Positions 18,481-30,100 of a DNA stretch of 64,000 nucleotides are shown piece after piece. Made by a program: the position numbers and the translations under genes. The DNA is from a virus. Taxonomy: Duplodnaviria > Heunggongvirae > Uroviricota > Caudoviricetes. The DNA is taken from the IMG/VR virus record IMGVR_UViG_3300042894_001948; one strand, given 5' to 3'. The first letter of the stretch is position 1, and every line of letters starts with the position of its first letter. The notes under the pieces were generated by a model that was given only the letters and a program-made list of their open reading frames with translations, searched no databases and was not told where the DNA came from.

Positions 18481-20430
18481 TTAAAGTATAACTGCTTCAA
18501 CTGTATTGTTATCGTTATCCGATAAAGCAATTGCAAATACAAATTCTGCATCTACAGAATTAGACAATGCTTGTGCAAATCCAATTTCATTAGAAGCAAT
18601 CAATCTGTCACCTTTTTTAACTGTACCGATTACGTTTACTGGAACTCTTCCTTTTAACGCTACCGGTATACCACCTGCAAGTCCAACATTCATTAAATAC
18701 GCAGGATTTTCTGATATAACACCTAACGCTCGATTTCCTGCAATTGCTGCAGTTATTTCCATTTCTCCGCCGACCATTACTACTGTACCGGTTTCATATG
18801 TAGTATCTGAGATGTATTTTTCAGCTAAGTCAGCATATGTTGCAAGGCTAGCTGCTGCTATCATTACTTTTGCTTGTATAGATCCTGCAGGAAGAGAATA
18901 AGTCGACCCGCCAATTTGAATAGAAGTGTTAGTTGAAGTTCTTGCTACAATTGCGCCATCTAGATCAGTTAATGTAGTTGTATACGCAACAGCTGGATAT
19001 GCTGCAGCCCCAACCATTACCTTAGATGCAGATGTTGCATTTCCATAAAACCCGTCAGCTGCCCATATTTGATTTGCTTTTATAGAGCCAATTGGAATAG
19101 TATGAGATGCTCCATCCCATGTAACATTTTCACCACTGTATGATCTAAGTACTACCGTTCCACCAACTACTGTCGAGCCACTCAGTATGTTAACTGCAGG
19201 AACCCGCACAACAGCATCAAATAACAATCCAGTTGACGAACTAGCATTACCAGTAAATGCATCAGCTTTCACATGTGTTGCTATTATTGATCCTGCAGGA
19301 AGAGTATACCCTGCACCTAGATCCGTTGGACTTGCTGTTCTTGCTGCAACAGTTTGCGCAGTAGCAGTTTCAGATAACAAATACGAAACAGAAGAAAGCA
19401 ACATTGCAGAAGCATTAGATGCAGTACCTTTAAATGAGTTTGCATACATTTCATTAAATTTGTAACTACCTGACCCAATATTTGACCAAGTAGTTGGATT
19501 TGATCCATCAATATTAGTCGTACCTGGCATGATGTCTTTACCTACAAATTTTACAGGATACACTAAGTTACCAGATACCTTTGTTACAAATTGAATCGTA
19601 CTTGACGCTGCATTTTTTATAGTAGGTACACTATCTGAGTCGTTTGTTATGTATAAAATTTGATTTTGTGCTGGTCCAATTGCAAAACCAGAATTAGAAA
19701 ATCTTGCAATATCAGAAAATTCTGCACCGCTCTTTGTAACATAATTTGCTGCTATTACACTGCCTAATCTATCCGAATTAGTTGCAGATCCATAAAATTT
19801 ATAATCAGTAGACGTTTTATTAGTTGACTCATATCCTTTAACAGTAATACCTGGATTTATATCAGACCATCCTGCAACTTTTAAAGGTTCGTTGGTTGCT
19901 AACGTAAATGCAACTGCTGCACTACTAATAACAAATGTTGTTACTCCATTAATAACTGCTTCAATTATGTTATATTGCACCGGCGGAGTTGTATTTGAAA
20001 ACACAGACGACTGCTTCATTTGTGTACTAATGTTATTAAGTTTTCCACCAATTAACACATTTTCAGTTGCACCTTTACACCATAATTGTTGCTGATCAGT
20101 AACCCAAAATAGATCACCCTGTGTTAATCCTTGTACTTGATTAATTGTAGATACTACATCATTAATACCTAATGTATGCCAAACACCAGTACCGTAATTA
20201 ACTCTCATTTTTTGTGTTTCTGTATTATACCATAATTGACCAGTAATTGCATTTGATGGTGCTCCGGCTCTTGCAAAATTTTCAAGTAACCACACAAAAT
20301 TCTCATTTTGAGCTTCACCATAACCGGCAGTATTTTTACCAATTAATTTAATATCAAGGGTAGTATTGATCGTGCCGTCGTCTACTACTGCTAATTGAGT
20401 AGTATTGTATTTGTTGATGATATATGCCAT
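18481..20430 (-). CDS. Tail fibre/baseplate-associated protein with C-terminal YADLAEKY (autocleavage/chaperone-like) domain
   Basis: N-terminal LIGKNTAGYGE..NENF..LLENF domain; repeated A..A motifs; C-terminal YADLAEKY..VALKGRVPVNV.G.VKKGD. Confidence 0.65.
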   Translation of the reverse strand: MAYIINKYNTTQLAVVDDGTINTTLDIKLIGKNTAGYGEAQNENFVWLLENFARAGAPSNAITGQLWYNTETQKMRVNYGTGVWHTLGINDVVSTINQVQGLTQGDLFWVTDQQQLWCKGATENVLIGGKLNNISTQMKQSSVFSNTTPPVQYNIIEAVINGVTTFVISSAAVAFTLATNEPLKVAGWSDINPGITVKGYESTNKTSTDYKFYGSATNSDRLGSVIAANYVTKSGAEFSDIARFSNSGFAIGPAQNQILYITNDSDSVPTIKNAASSTIQFVTKVSGNLVYPVKFVGKDIMPGTTNIDGSNPTTWSNIGSGSYKFNEMYANSFKGTASNASAMLLSSVSYLLSETATAQTVAARTASPTDLGAGYTLPAGSIIATHVKADAFTGNASSSTGLLFDAVVRVPAVNILSGSTVVGGTVVLRSYSGENVTWDGASHTIPIGSIKANQIWAADGFYGNATSASKVMVGAAAYPAVAYTTTLTDLDGAIVARTSTNTSIQIGGSTYSLPAGSIQAKVMIAAASLATYADLAEKYISDTTYETGTVVMVGGEMEITAAIAGNRALGVISENPAYLMNVGLAGGIPVALKGRVPVNVIGTVKKGDRLIASNEIGFAQALSNSVDAEFVFAIALSDNDNNTVEAVIL

Positions 20431-20453
20431 CGTTGTTATTCCTTATTTTATTA

Positions 20454-20460
20454 TATTTAT
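20454..20460 (-). promoter_or_regulatory. T4-like late promoter motif ATAAATA
   Basis: In a 39 nt gap, 23 nt upstream of the 20430 start. Confidence 0.6.
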
Positions 20461-20469
20461 TTGTATTGA

Positions 20470-21366
20470 TTATAAATCAATATCATGTCTCCACGTTCCA
20501 TCTAATACAAATTGTCTAATTGTTATTGGTTGCTCTATTGATGTTATATCAGTACAAATAACTCGACAAACTGGACCAGTTGGATCACTAGGATTAACTG
20601 CTACTACACTATACTCGTACGGTGGAAACATTTTATTAAGATACTGAGTTACAATTGCTTGATTTTTATCAACCCCTGTTATTGACGAAATATCAACCGA
20701 TATTGACAACGTTGCTAATTTTACAGCATCTATCATTGATGTTTTATTAACTGCATCATAATCTTCTACAGGACTTGCAATATTTGAAATTGTCGAACGA
20801 TTAATAAAATTTAATCCAACGTTAATTGGTAATGTATATCCTAACGCTTCGGAATCAGGGTTGAATGCAGCAGTACTAAAAATTGCAAATAATTCAGTAG
20901 CAACGGTTAGCACTAATATATTATGGGCTATTCCGTACACATCTAACACCTGTTCAATTTTAAACCCAGTAACTGCAGGATCATACGGTCCTGCTAACAA
21001 TGTTTGAACACCGTCGTTAAAATATAACTGTTGGCGAGCAGTATCAATCCACAGGTCACCTGCTGCAATTGAACTAGGTAATTTATTTGATACAATAGTA
21101 CCGCCTGTTAATTTAAAAGCCGAACCGTCATAAACTTTTAGTCGCCCTTCAACTGTATCATACCAAATTTGCCCAGTAATCGGCTGTGTTGGCTGCGTAG
21201 TATTAGAAAAATTTTCTAAAAGACGTACAAAATTTTCATTTATATACTCTCCATATGCACTAGCACTTTTGCCAATTAAGGTCAAACTAGTTCTGCTTTG
21301 ATCAATATTTCCGTCGATAATTGTTGTTAATTCCGACCCGTCTGTTGTGTTTATTGTATAACTCAT
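20470..21366 (-). CDS. Tail/baseplate protein, paralogous N-terminal domain
   Basis: LIGKSASAYGEYINENFVRLLENF..P..PITGQIWYD. Confidence 0.65.
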   Translation of the reverse strand: MSYTINTTDGSELTTIIDGNIDQSRTSLTLIGKSASAYGEYINENFVRLLENFSNTTQPTQPITGQIWYDTVEGRLKVYDGSAFKLTGGTIVSNKLPSSIAAGDLWIDTARQQLYFNDGVQTLLAGPYDPAVTGFKIEQVLDVYGIAHNILVLTVATELFAIFSTAAFNPDSEALGYTLPINVGLNFINRSTISNIASPVEDYDAVNKTSMIDAVKLATLSISVDISSITGVDKNQAIVTQYLNKMFPPYEYSVVAVNPSDPTGPVCRVICTDITSIEQPITIRQFVLDGTWRHDIDL

Positions 21367-23447
21367 TATAGTTTACCAGTGAAAATAATATAATTAATTG
21401 TTTGATATGGATTCATAATTGAACTAGCATTTCCGGCTCCTGCCGAAGCTGCATTTAATCCAGGTACATCATTGTATGCAGGGACTCCTAACGTATCATT
21501 GCCTGAACTTGCACCTACTACAATTGCCGAACTATGATGAACTCGGTTAGCAGGGTCAGTTCCAGGAATAGGATTCCCATTTGCATCTACCCCATTACGT
21601 TTACCGCCTGCATTTTTTTCATCACCATTTACCGTTATAGTTAAATTGTTATCCATGTTATCACAACCTAACGGAAATCTACCACGTAAATCAGGCAATG
21701 CAAAAGTATCATTACCGATTAATGAGACTTTTGGTCTATATGCATTAGTCTGTCCAATAATTGCATGCAACTCGCTATATTCTGATACTAGTAATTCACT
21801 ACCGTCACAGAATAAATATCCAATTGGTGGTTTAAATCCTGCATATGGGAAAATTGCACCAATAGGTACTGTTGGAACTTTTGACAAAAATACTGATTTT
21901 GTAGTCCGTTTCAATCCAACGTCAGGACGATATATTAATAACACATCAGAAGGTGCTGTAGTTTCTGTGCCTTCGCGACGTGCTATAATATCTGAACTTA
22001 CTGTTGTACTAAATATTACTCCTGATGTACCATTAAACGAAACTGGCTCGCTAGTAAGGTCTCCTGCAATTCTAAATGTTTGAACATTTTTTAATTTAGC
22101 TGCAGAACCGGTTACGTCTCCCGAAATAGTCCCAGTAAGCGTGCCGTTAAATGTGCCAGTAAACCTAGATGCATATACTTCTCTAAATGGTAATGCACTA
22201 GATCCGATATCATAGAATGGTTGATTTTGATCTAATTGGGACTGAGTGTACTTTGGAAGAATTACCGAACCGCCAATTGGATGATGTATATGGATAACAT
22301 CGGAAAATAAAGTTGTGCCTCCAATTATTGCAGTTGGTTGCAAAGGAGTTGTAGTTTCTGGTATAGTAATAGCAGGTTTTAATAAACTCCATTGTACTGT
22401 ATTACCGATTGTTAATCTTCCATTAGCCGAAATATTACCTTTAATAGTAGTAGCTGGGTCAGTTGTTACAACTCCAATAGTTAAATCGTTTCGAACTATT
22501 GCACTACCATTAACATCCAACGTAGCCGCCGGTGTTGATGTATTAATACCTACTTTAAGTAACGAGTCAATAAACATTCCAGTACGTGACGCTTTTGTTG
22601 TAGGATCGATAAATTCAATTTTAAAGTTTCTATTATTTTTAGAAGTTATGTTTATTAAACTTGCTCTATCATCGGTACTTAGTTTAAGATCTAAACCACT
22701 ACCAATACTAATACCATCTACTGTTTGTACACTTAATGCTTTAGACGTAACAGATTCTACATCAGATCTTAAAAAACTAGAAGAGCTAATTGCTTTTCCA
22801 TTTATTATTAGATTATTTGCATTTTCTGCAGTACCCCACAGTTGATTGAGATCAGTTGTGATATTAGTTGTTGATAAATTAATACCTCTTTTAATTTTTT
22901 CAAAACCAACAATTAACTGTTTCGGAGTAAATGCAGTTGAACTAAAAATTGCAAGTTGATCATTATTTGAATATATCGATACAATTGCATGTAACTCATT
23001 TACTATGTCAGTAACTACGTCAACGATTGGACCTGATTTTAATCCACTACTGTATTGAGGTCCAATTAAATCCCAAACATTACCAGTAAACATGTACAGC
23101 TGATTAGTATTTGGGTTAACCCACAGATCTCCACTAATACTGTCGCCGGCTAGTGGTGCGTTAATTTCTTTTTTTATTGATCCTGCAGGATTCCATTTAG
23201 TACCGTCATATACTTTAAGTAATTGAATACCGTCGGCATTATCATACCATATTTGCCCTTCAACTGGGTTATTTGGTTCTGTATTATTTGCAAAATTTTC
23301 TAACAAGTGTAAGAAGTTTTCTGCTATAATCTTTCCATATCCTGTATAATTTTTTCCAACAAAACTAAGAGACGATGTTTGGTTAATTACTTGATCAGCA
23401 ACTTCAGTAAACACTTCTCCGTTAATGTGTCTAACTTCATATGGCAT
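21366..23447 (-). CDS. Tail fibre protein with phage tail-collar domain
   Basis: Same N-domain (FVGKNYTGYGK..AENF..LLENF); C-terminal PIGAIFPYAG..GYLFCDGS..FALPDLRGRF. Confidence 0.75.
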   Translation of the reverse strand: MPYEVRHINGEVFTEVADQVINQTSSLSFVGKNYTGYGKIIAENFLHLLENFANNTEPNNPVEGQIWYDNADGIQLLKVYDGTKWNPAGSIKKEINAPLAGDSISGDLWVNPNTNQLYMFTGNVWDLIGPQYSSGLKSGPIVDVVTDIVNELHAIVSIYSNNDQLAIFSSTAFTPKQLIVGFEKIKRGINLSTTNITTDLNQLWGTAENANNLIINGKAISSSSFLRSDVESVTSKALSVQTVDGISIGSGLDLKLSTDDRASLINITSKNNRNFKIEFIDPTTKASRTGMFIDSLLKVGINTSTPAATLDVNGSAIVRNDLTIGVVTTDPATTIKGNISANGRLTIGNTVQWSLLKPAITIPETTTPLQPTAIIGGTTLFSDVIHIHHPIGGSVILPKYTQSQLDQNQPFYDIGSSALPFREVYASRFTGTFNGTLTGTISGDVTGSAAKLKNVQTFRIAGDLTSEPVSFNGTSGVIFSTTVSSDIIARREGTETTAPSDVLLIYRPDVGLKRTTKSVFLSKVPTVPIGAIFPYAGFKPPIGYLFCDGSELLVSEYSELHAIIGQTNAYRPKVSLIGNDTFALPDLRGRFPLGCDNMDNNLTITVNGDEKNAGGKRNGVDANGNPIPGTDPANRVHHSSAIVVGASSGNDTLGVPAYNDVPGLNAASAGAGNASSIMNPYQTINYIIFTGKL

Positions 23448-24058
23448 TATTGCACTCCTATCACGCTAGTTAAACTCTGTATGCGCACTGTATAATCAAT
23501 TTGAATTAATCGATTTAATGATTTTTGAATAGGATGAAAAATAACATGAGTTAACAACATATTATTACCATCTGAACTATACGATTTTAACCCTATTTCG
23601 TCAAATATAAATGTCTTGTTAATATCTGATGCATTATCAAATGCTCCTTGGCCAGATGGCTCTGTATAGTCTAATAAGCAAGTAACAAACACATCAGTAT
23701 AATTTTTACCAGTTACATGTCGTGTTTCAATATAATTACGCGTTGGATCTAAATTGTTAATAGATCGATCATTAACAATCTTAACAAATGTTTGATTATA
23801 TAAACTTGCATTTGACCCTGAACTGTTTGGTGTTAAATATGTAATAATTCCAGTAGGATCAATAGCAGTTCCGCCATTACCAAAGCTCATTTCATAAATA
23901 AACCCTTGTCCTCTATCTGCAATACTTTTTGCTAATGCAATACTCATATTTTCATAATGTATTGCATTACGTTTATTGACGAATACTTCGTCGGTAGTGG
24001 GATCAAAAATCTTAAGGTGTCCTTCGATATGTATCCCTGTTAAATCTGTAGTCTGCAT
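23447..24058 (-). CDS. Hypothetical structural protein of the tail operon
   Basis: 203 aa, beta-rich, between baseplate and fibre genes. Confidence 0.65.
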   Translation of the reverse strand: MQTTDLTGIHIEGHLKIFDPTTDEVFVNKRNAIHYENMSIALAKSIADRGQGFIYEMSFGNGGTAIDPTGIITYLTPNSSGSNASLYNQTFVKIVNDRSINNLDPTRNYIETRHVTGKNYTDVFVTCLLDYTEPSGQGAFDNASDINKTFIFDEIGLKSYSSDGNNMLLTHVIFHPIQKSLNRLIQIDYTVRIQSLTSVIGVQ

Positions 24059-24078
24059 AGTATTCTCTCGTTATTCTA

Positions 24079-24085
24079 TATTTAT
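24079..24085 (-). promoter_or_regulatory. T4-like late promoter motif ATAAATA
   Basis: In a 48 nt gap, 20 nt upstream of the 24058 start. Confidence 0.6.
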
Positions 24086-24106
24086 CATAGTTTATTAAGT
24101 GTTGTT

Positions 24107-27100
24107 TTAATTTACAGGAGATTCGTATGTTGAACCTGTTTCTGCAGTTATAAACGCAATTACAGGAGTTGCACCAAGTCCCCAATGCATTCCGGTTTTT
24201 TTAATAACTGTAATTAATGTTCCTGGAGTTATTGGATGTGTTAATCGTATTTGTTTAGTAGTGCCATTAACTGAAAAGTCTGCATCAAACTGAACATCTC
24301 CAGCTGGGCTAGATGCACTGTTATTCATATTATGAATTTTAAACGGTGCTTTTTTCAATCGTATATTACCAATAAAGTAAATCCATTTACTAGATCTATC
24401 AGTTTTAAATTCAGTACTGCTAATATGTGCAACAACACATCGGTATGTATAGACCCCTACATTTACAATATCATTAACATTATAATAAATCTTAGGTACC
24501 CAAGTTGCATTATCGTCATACCCGCCTACAAATACTTCAACGTTATTACACTGACCGTACCCTGCTGGTATTGACGATGTAAATGTTGGCAGAAATGACC
24601 AACTATCTAAAGATTTTGTTGGAGTATAAGACAATGTAATAAGATTTGTTCCATCAGAAACAAATTGATCAATACGCACTGTATCACTATAAGAAATTTT
24701 TTCAGCTATTCCAATGTCTTGTACTACTGATTGTGCTTTATGTATTTCTGCAACACTGGTTCCCATAGTCCCTCTTCTTAAATTACTTAATACATTATTA
24801 TCATTTATAAAATATTCAATTCGTTCGCCATTAATGTTAATCACGCCTGGAATATTGTATGTTTGATTTGCACCTCCAAAAGCTTGCGAATTTACTAACG
24901 TAATAGTAGTGTCATGTTGCAATAAATCTTTAGCTAATTTAGTTTTTTTACTGTTATTTAACCGTGTAAATGTTACTGCGTTTAACATGTCTTTAAATTG
25001 CATAAATGCAGTATTAATTTGTGTAGCACCTGGTTGACTACTTGCTGTAGTAAATACTTTAATTGCAAGCGTGTCAACAACTTGACCCGGAACAACTTCT
25101 TCTGGTCCGTACCCGTTAACAGTTGAATAAAACTCATCGCCGTCTACATTAATATCCTCAGGTGCTAACCCAGCAGCTGACCCCAATGCAAAATTGCCAC
25201 CTGATAATATTGTATCATAATCATTAACTACTGAACCATCACTAGTGTGTTTACGAATTATAAAAGTGTCGCCGTTAGCTGCATTAATTGATGACGGAAT
25301 CTCAATTATATCAGTGTCACCTGTCATTATCGGTGTAGCCATTATTGCATTAGGAACGGTTGGGTTTATAACACCGACAACAAAATCAGGATCATCAATT
25401 CTTATAGGGTTTAAATAAAATGTTCCGGTATTAGTACCGCTACCTGTTAAATAGATCGATGGTGTTCCAATTACTTCTGTAATAGTAAACGACAAATCTT
25501 TACTAAATGAACTAACATAATATTCTTTTTCAATCGACACTCCGCCATTTGAATTTGCAAAATTTATTTTCATACTATCAGTTATTAACGAGGTATCAGA
25601 TGTCATAAATGATCCGTTTAATATTCCAGTAATAACAAGAGAACCAAACTTTTTATAATACACATTAAATGTTGATCCCTTAACAGGTAAATATGGCATA
25701 ACAATATCATAAGAGAATGTGCTGCCAACAGTGACACTAAAATCATTAGTATTAGGATTAAAGTTATCCCAAGTATCTGTGTAATACGGAATACTATCCC
25801 ACCCTTGAACTACATTAAAGTTTAATCCGCTAACAATTACGCCACCGTAATCAACTCCAGACATTAATTGAGGCAAATCTTTTCCTAATTCGCCCGATAT
25901 TGGTTTATAATAGTATTGTATTCTATCAGTTGCATTTAACACTTCGTTGTTTTTATAATAATTTACAACAATTACACTAGATTTTGCAGGAGCAACTTTA
26001 AATGTTATTACTCCTGTGTACACAGGGTGTCCGTCAAGTATAGTTGATACAGTGCCTATAGTATAACTATCACGAACCACAGTTTGTCCGTTAATGATAA
26101 CGTTTGTTTTTCCAACAGTTAAATCAGGTAACCATTTAAGACCGTATTGAACTTTTGTACCTGTTATATTTTCAAGTGTTTCTGAATATTGTAAATCATC
26201 AATTACAAAATCTTGATAAATTCTATCAAATTTCATCTTAATGTTCGATGTTCTTATTACACTGTTACCTAAAATTGCAATTGCTTTTGCAGATCTACCA
26301 TCAACTGAATGCCCACCTATAATATTAATTACTGGTGTTGTTGTATACTTAGATCCGTTTGTTATTAATTTAATTCTAACAATTTGTTTATTAACTATAA
26401 ACGCCCTTGCAGTTGCACCGGTACCGGTTTCTGATTCAATAACAATTGTTGGTTCAGTAAGGTATTCTGCACCTCCATCCGTAATTTTAATATCAACAAT
26501 AGCATATCCGACAGTATCTAACCATGTTTTCCACGGGTATGTGTTTATTAACGGATTAGTGTTATCTACTACTTCAATCAATTGCGTTTTTGAATTATAT
26601 ACTGGCGGAAGATCAAAATCACTTACTCCGGTATTGTTAGTATCAAGAACATCATAACTACTTATATATTCACGGACTTGCGTTCTGTATGGTTTTACTT
26701 CAGACACGTAATCTTCAAAATTTGACAAATTATCATTTTTATAAGTTGAGGATTGATGCATATATCCAACATTATGCATTACATTAACAAAGCTGGTTTT
26801 AAATATCCAATCAATATATGTTTGTTCGCTCATTGCATGTCGTACACTTGAAAAGAACAAATCTAAATATTTAGGTTTTAAATCAATGCCTATTAATAAA
26901 TCATTTTTAATTGCATTTAAAATAATACGTAACTCGGTGTCTGCATAATTATCATATACTACCGAATCGTAAATTGCACCATCGTATCCAATTGAGGTAT
27001 CTTTAAAGTTATAAAGCAATGAACTAAATTGAATTGTTCCATTCTGACTGCCAACAACTTTATAATCTTCTTTTTGTAATTCTTCATTAAAATATTTTTC

Positions 27101-30100
27101 TAAAATTACCCATCGACCCGAATTAGTTACGCGAATTTTTACTCTATCGCCTACTCTATCAGAAAGTTGATATAAATCAGCATATGTGTCAACTGAATGT
27201 TGTATAGTAGTAAATTGGTTAATACCCGTTTCGTACCAATCTGCATACTCCCAATATTTGGTCACATCGTATGCATACGATAACGTTTTGAACCACGTGT
27301 GTGATGACGCTATATACGAATATATGCTCCATTTTCCATTAGATGAAGAGTCACTTAAAATTAATACTGAAAAACTTCTAACACGTATCACAGTGTCGTC
27401 ATTATAATTTAAACCACTATTTTCAATAATCACATCAGTAACTTGTCCAATAGCATTAATAGATGTTTTTAGCAATGCACTTGTTCCAGACCCATATACA
27501 GTTAATAACGGTGGATTTACATATCCTCTACCGGGTTCAACAATAATTACTTTAGAAATTTTACCATCAGTTATTACTGCATTTAAAATAGGAGTTTTAT
27601 AGTATTTGGTAATTGCAAATCTTAATTCTGCATCAGTATCTATTGTAGTATCGTATAACCGATTCATAACACTTGGAGGCAAATCGTATTTTTTTAAATT
27701 TGATAAATCTGCTGTATCAGTTACTAACAGCGGTTTTAAAATTAAATTAGTTTTTTCAATTAGCTGTTTAAGTGCGTCAAATCTGTTAATAAACATACCT
27801 TGACGTGGTCTATTTTCAATTCCGTATCGAATTTTTATAGGAAGAGACGGATTTGGTACTAATCGATTATTAATGTCTTTACCACATAGACTATCAAACC
27901 ATTTTTCTTCTATATTTGTTGGTAAAGTAGTTGTTGAGGAATTACTAATAAGTTTCCATTGAGTATGAATATTTTGATCAGTTTTATCAACCTTCCAATA
28001 TTCAACTGATAACACTATATCATTATGTATTAATAATGATTGTACATTTATTAGACTAAACGAATCTAACCCTGTTAATGCTAGATATGCATACCCTTCG
28101 CCTTTTGGATTACTAATTAATTTAGATATAGTTGCTGCAGATATAGATCTACCCGGTATTGCAATTTCTTTATTTTTAACCCAAAAATAATAGATGTACG
28201 AAAATGTTTGACTAAGTGTATCATACCGTTTTACTGAACTATAAACAGCGTCACCGTATAACGATTTTCCGCTTATATTTAATGCTAACCCTGCATCAGT
28301 ATCTGCTCGTTTATCCCAGTCAGCTGGTTTATATCTACTTGCAACCCATTCATATACATCAACAGATGCACCGTATGCTAATGAGCTTAACATACTATTT
28401 CTATAAATCACACTATCAGTGAAATTATCAATAAATTTAGTAGTACGTAAATCCCACCATAATGACCCAACTTGGTCTGAAGTCCACGCAACTCCTTCGT
28501 CAACATTTACCGTAGCAGTCCCGACAGTATACACTGCTGGATCATATGCAAACTTATATTTAATTTCGCGTTCTGCAATTGTTGGATGTTTATCTTGTAT
28601 AGGATCTACAATATCTAAATATTTTACTAGTTTATTTGTACGTCTATTATACAAAAATGCTTGTTTAATTTTAGTAATATCCGGTTTAGGTATTACTTTA
28701 TTTTTAATTTTCCAAGTATAGGTATTTGTTAATTTTATAAATTCGTATACTACACCTGCATTATCATTAGACGCAGGAGCTCCTACAATTATACTGTTAG
28801 GTGTAACTGTAACAGACGAGCCAAATGTAGCATTGTTAATTACAGGATCGATTGGTACTAATCTTTCACTAAAGATCCAGATATTCTTATACATATCAAA
28901 AACATCAATTGCAGATGAATATATGCTATTAATAAATGTACTAAACCTTGTTGGCTCTGTAGTTATTGGAAAAGTAGTTGGATCCGTTACATCATAAAAT
29001 GTAGCATCTTTTATTAACAACGGTGTAATTGCATGCCCAACTATTATAGTTGAAAAATTGTTAATGAATTGTATATTGCTGCCAAACTCACCAGATACTG
29101 CAATCGATGGCGATGTTAATGTTTGATTCGGAGCAGCATAATCATTAAATTTGTAAATTAATACTTTTCCTTCATACACAACGTCGTCGACTAATGACGA
29201 AATTGCAATATAATCATCATTTTTTGATATAGCAACACGCTTTCCAAATAACCTCGAATTATCCGGCGCTTCAATAATAGTTGGCGATAAATAATCGTTG
29301 TTCGTATACACATAAACTTTACCTTTAAGTATAGTATTTGTAGATGTATCTTCATTATATGGTTCCGATATTACTAGTGTGTTATTTTGAGAAGCTGCAA
29401 TGCTAGTTCCAAATTGCAAAGATCCGGTGTCACCTACTAATACATAGTCCTCTATTACCCACTCATATGACAAGAATTCAATAAGTCCGACTGGTTTTTT
29501 AGATGGTTCTGCACTAAGTGTAACTGCTGAGTTTTCTATATCGACCGATAGTACATATTGCCCATCTTCTAATCCGGTACCGGTAACTAGCATGCCGTCA
29601 GTTATATTAGTAGTAGACGATAGCTTTAATACAGCACCATAACTTCCGATTGATATATAAACCGGTGTTGCATGTAATACTATCTTATAAGAAATTTGAT
29701 AAACAGATCCGACTGCTGTTCCAATAAACAACATGTTATTGCCGAAAGTTACCGAATACCCAAATTGTTCATTGTTTACTGGTGTAGGACTTACTAATGT
29801 GTTGTACAGTACATAAAAATTGCTATTATCTTTCTTATATATTAATACACCGCCTCTCTTATATTGATCAGCTGCAGGTGATCCAATTGCAATCCAATTA
29901 GAATCAGCAGACATTGCAATTACCTTAGCAAATCCATCCTTATGATACAACGACACCCGACTAAGGATTACTTGGGTTAAAATCCATCCTTGCAATGCAG
30001 TGTTACTATAGATCATAACTGATCCTTCGTCTTCTAAATTTTCAGCAGTAACTGCAGAAATAGCAATAGTTTTACCATTCTCAGATGCTGCTGACGATCT

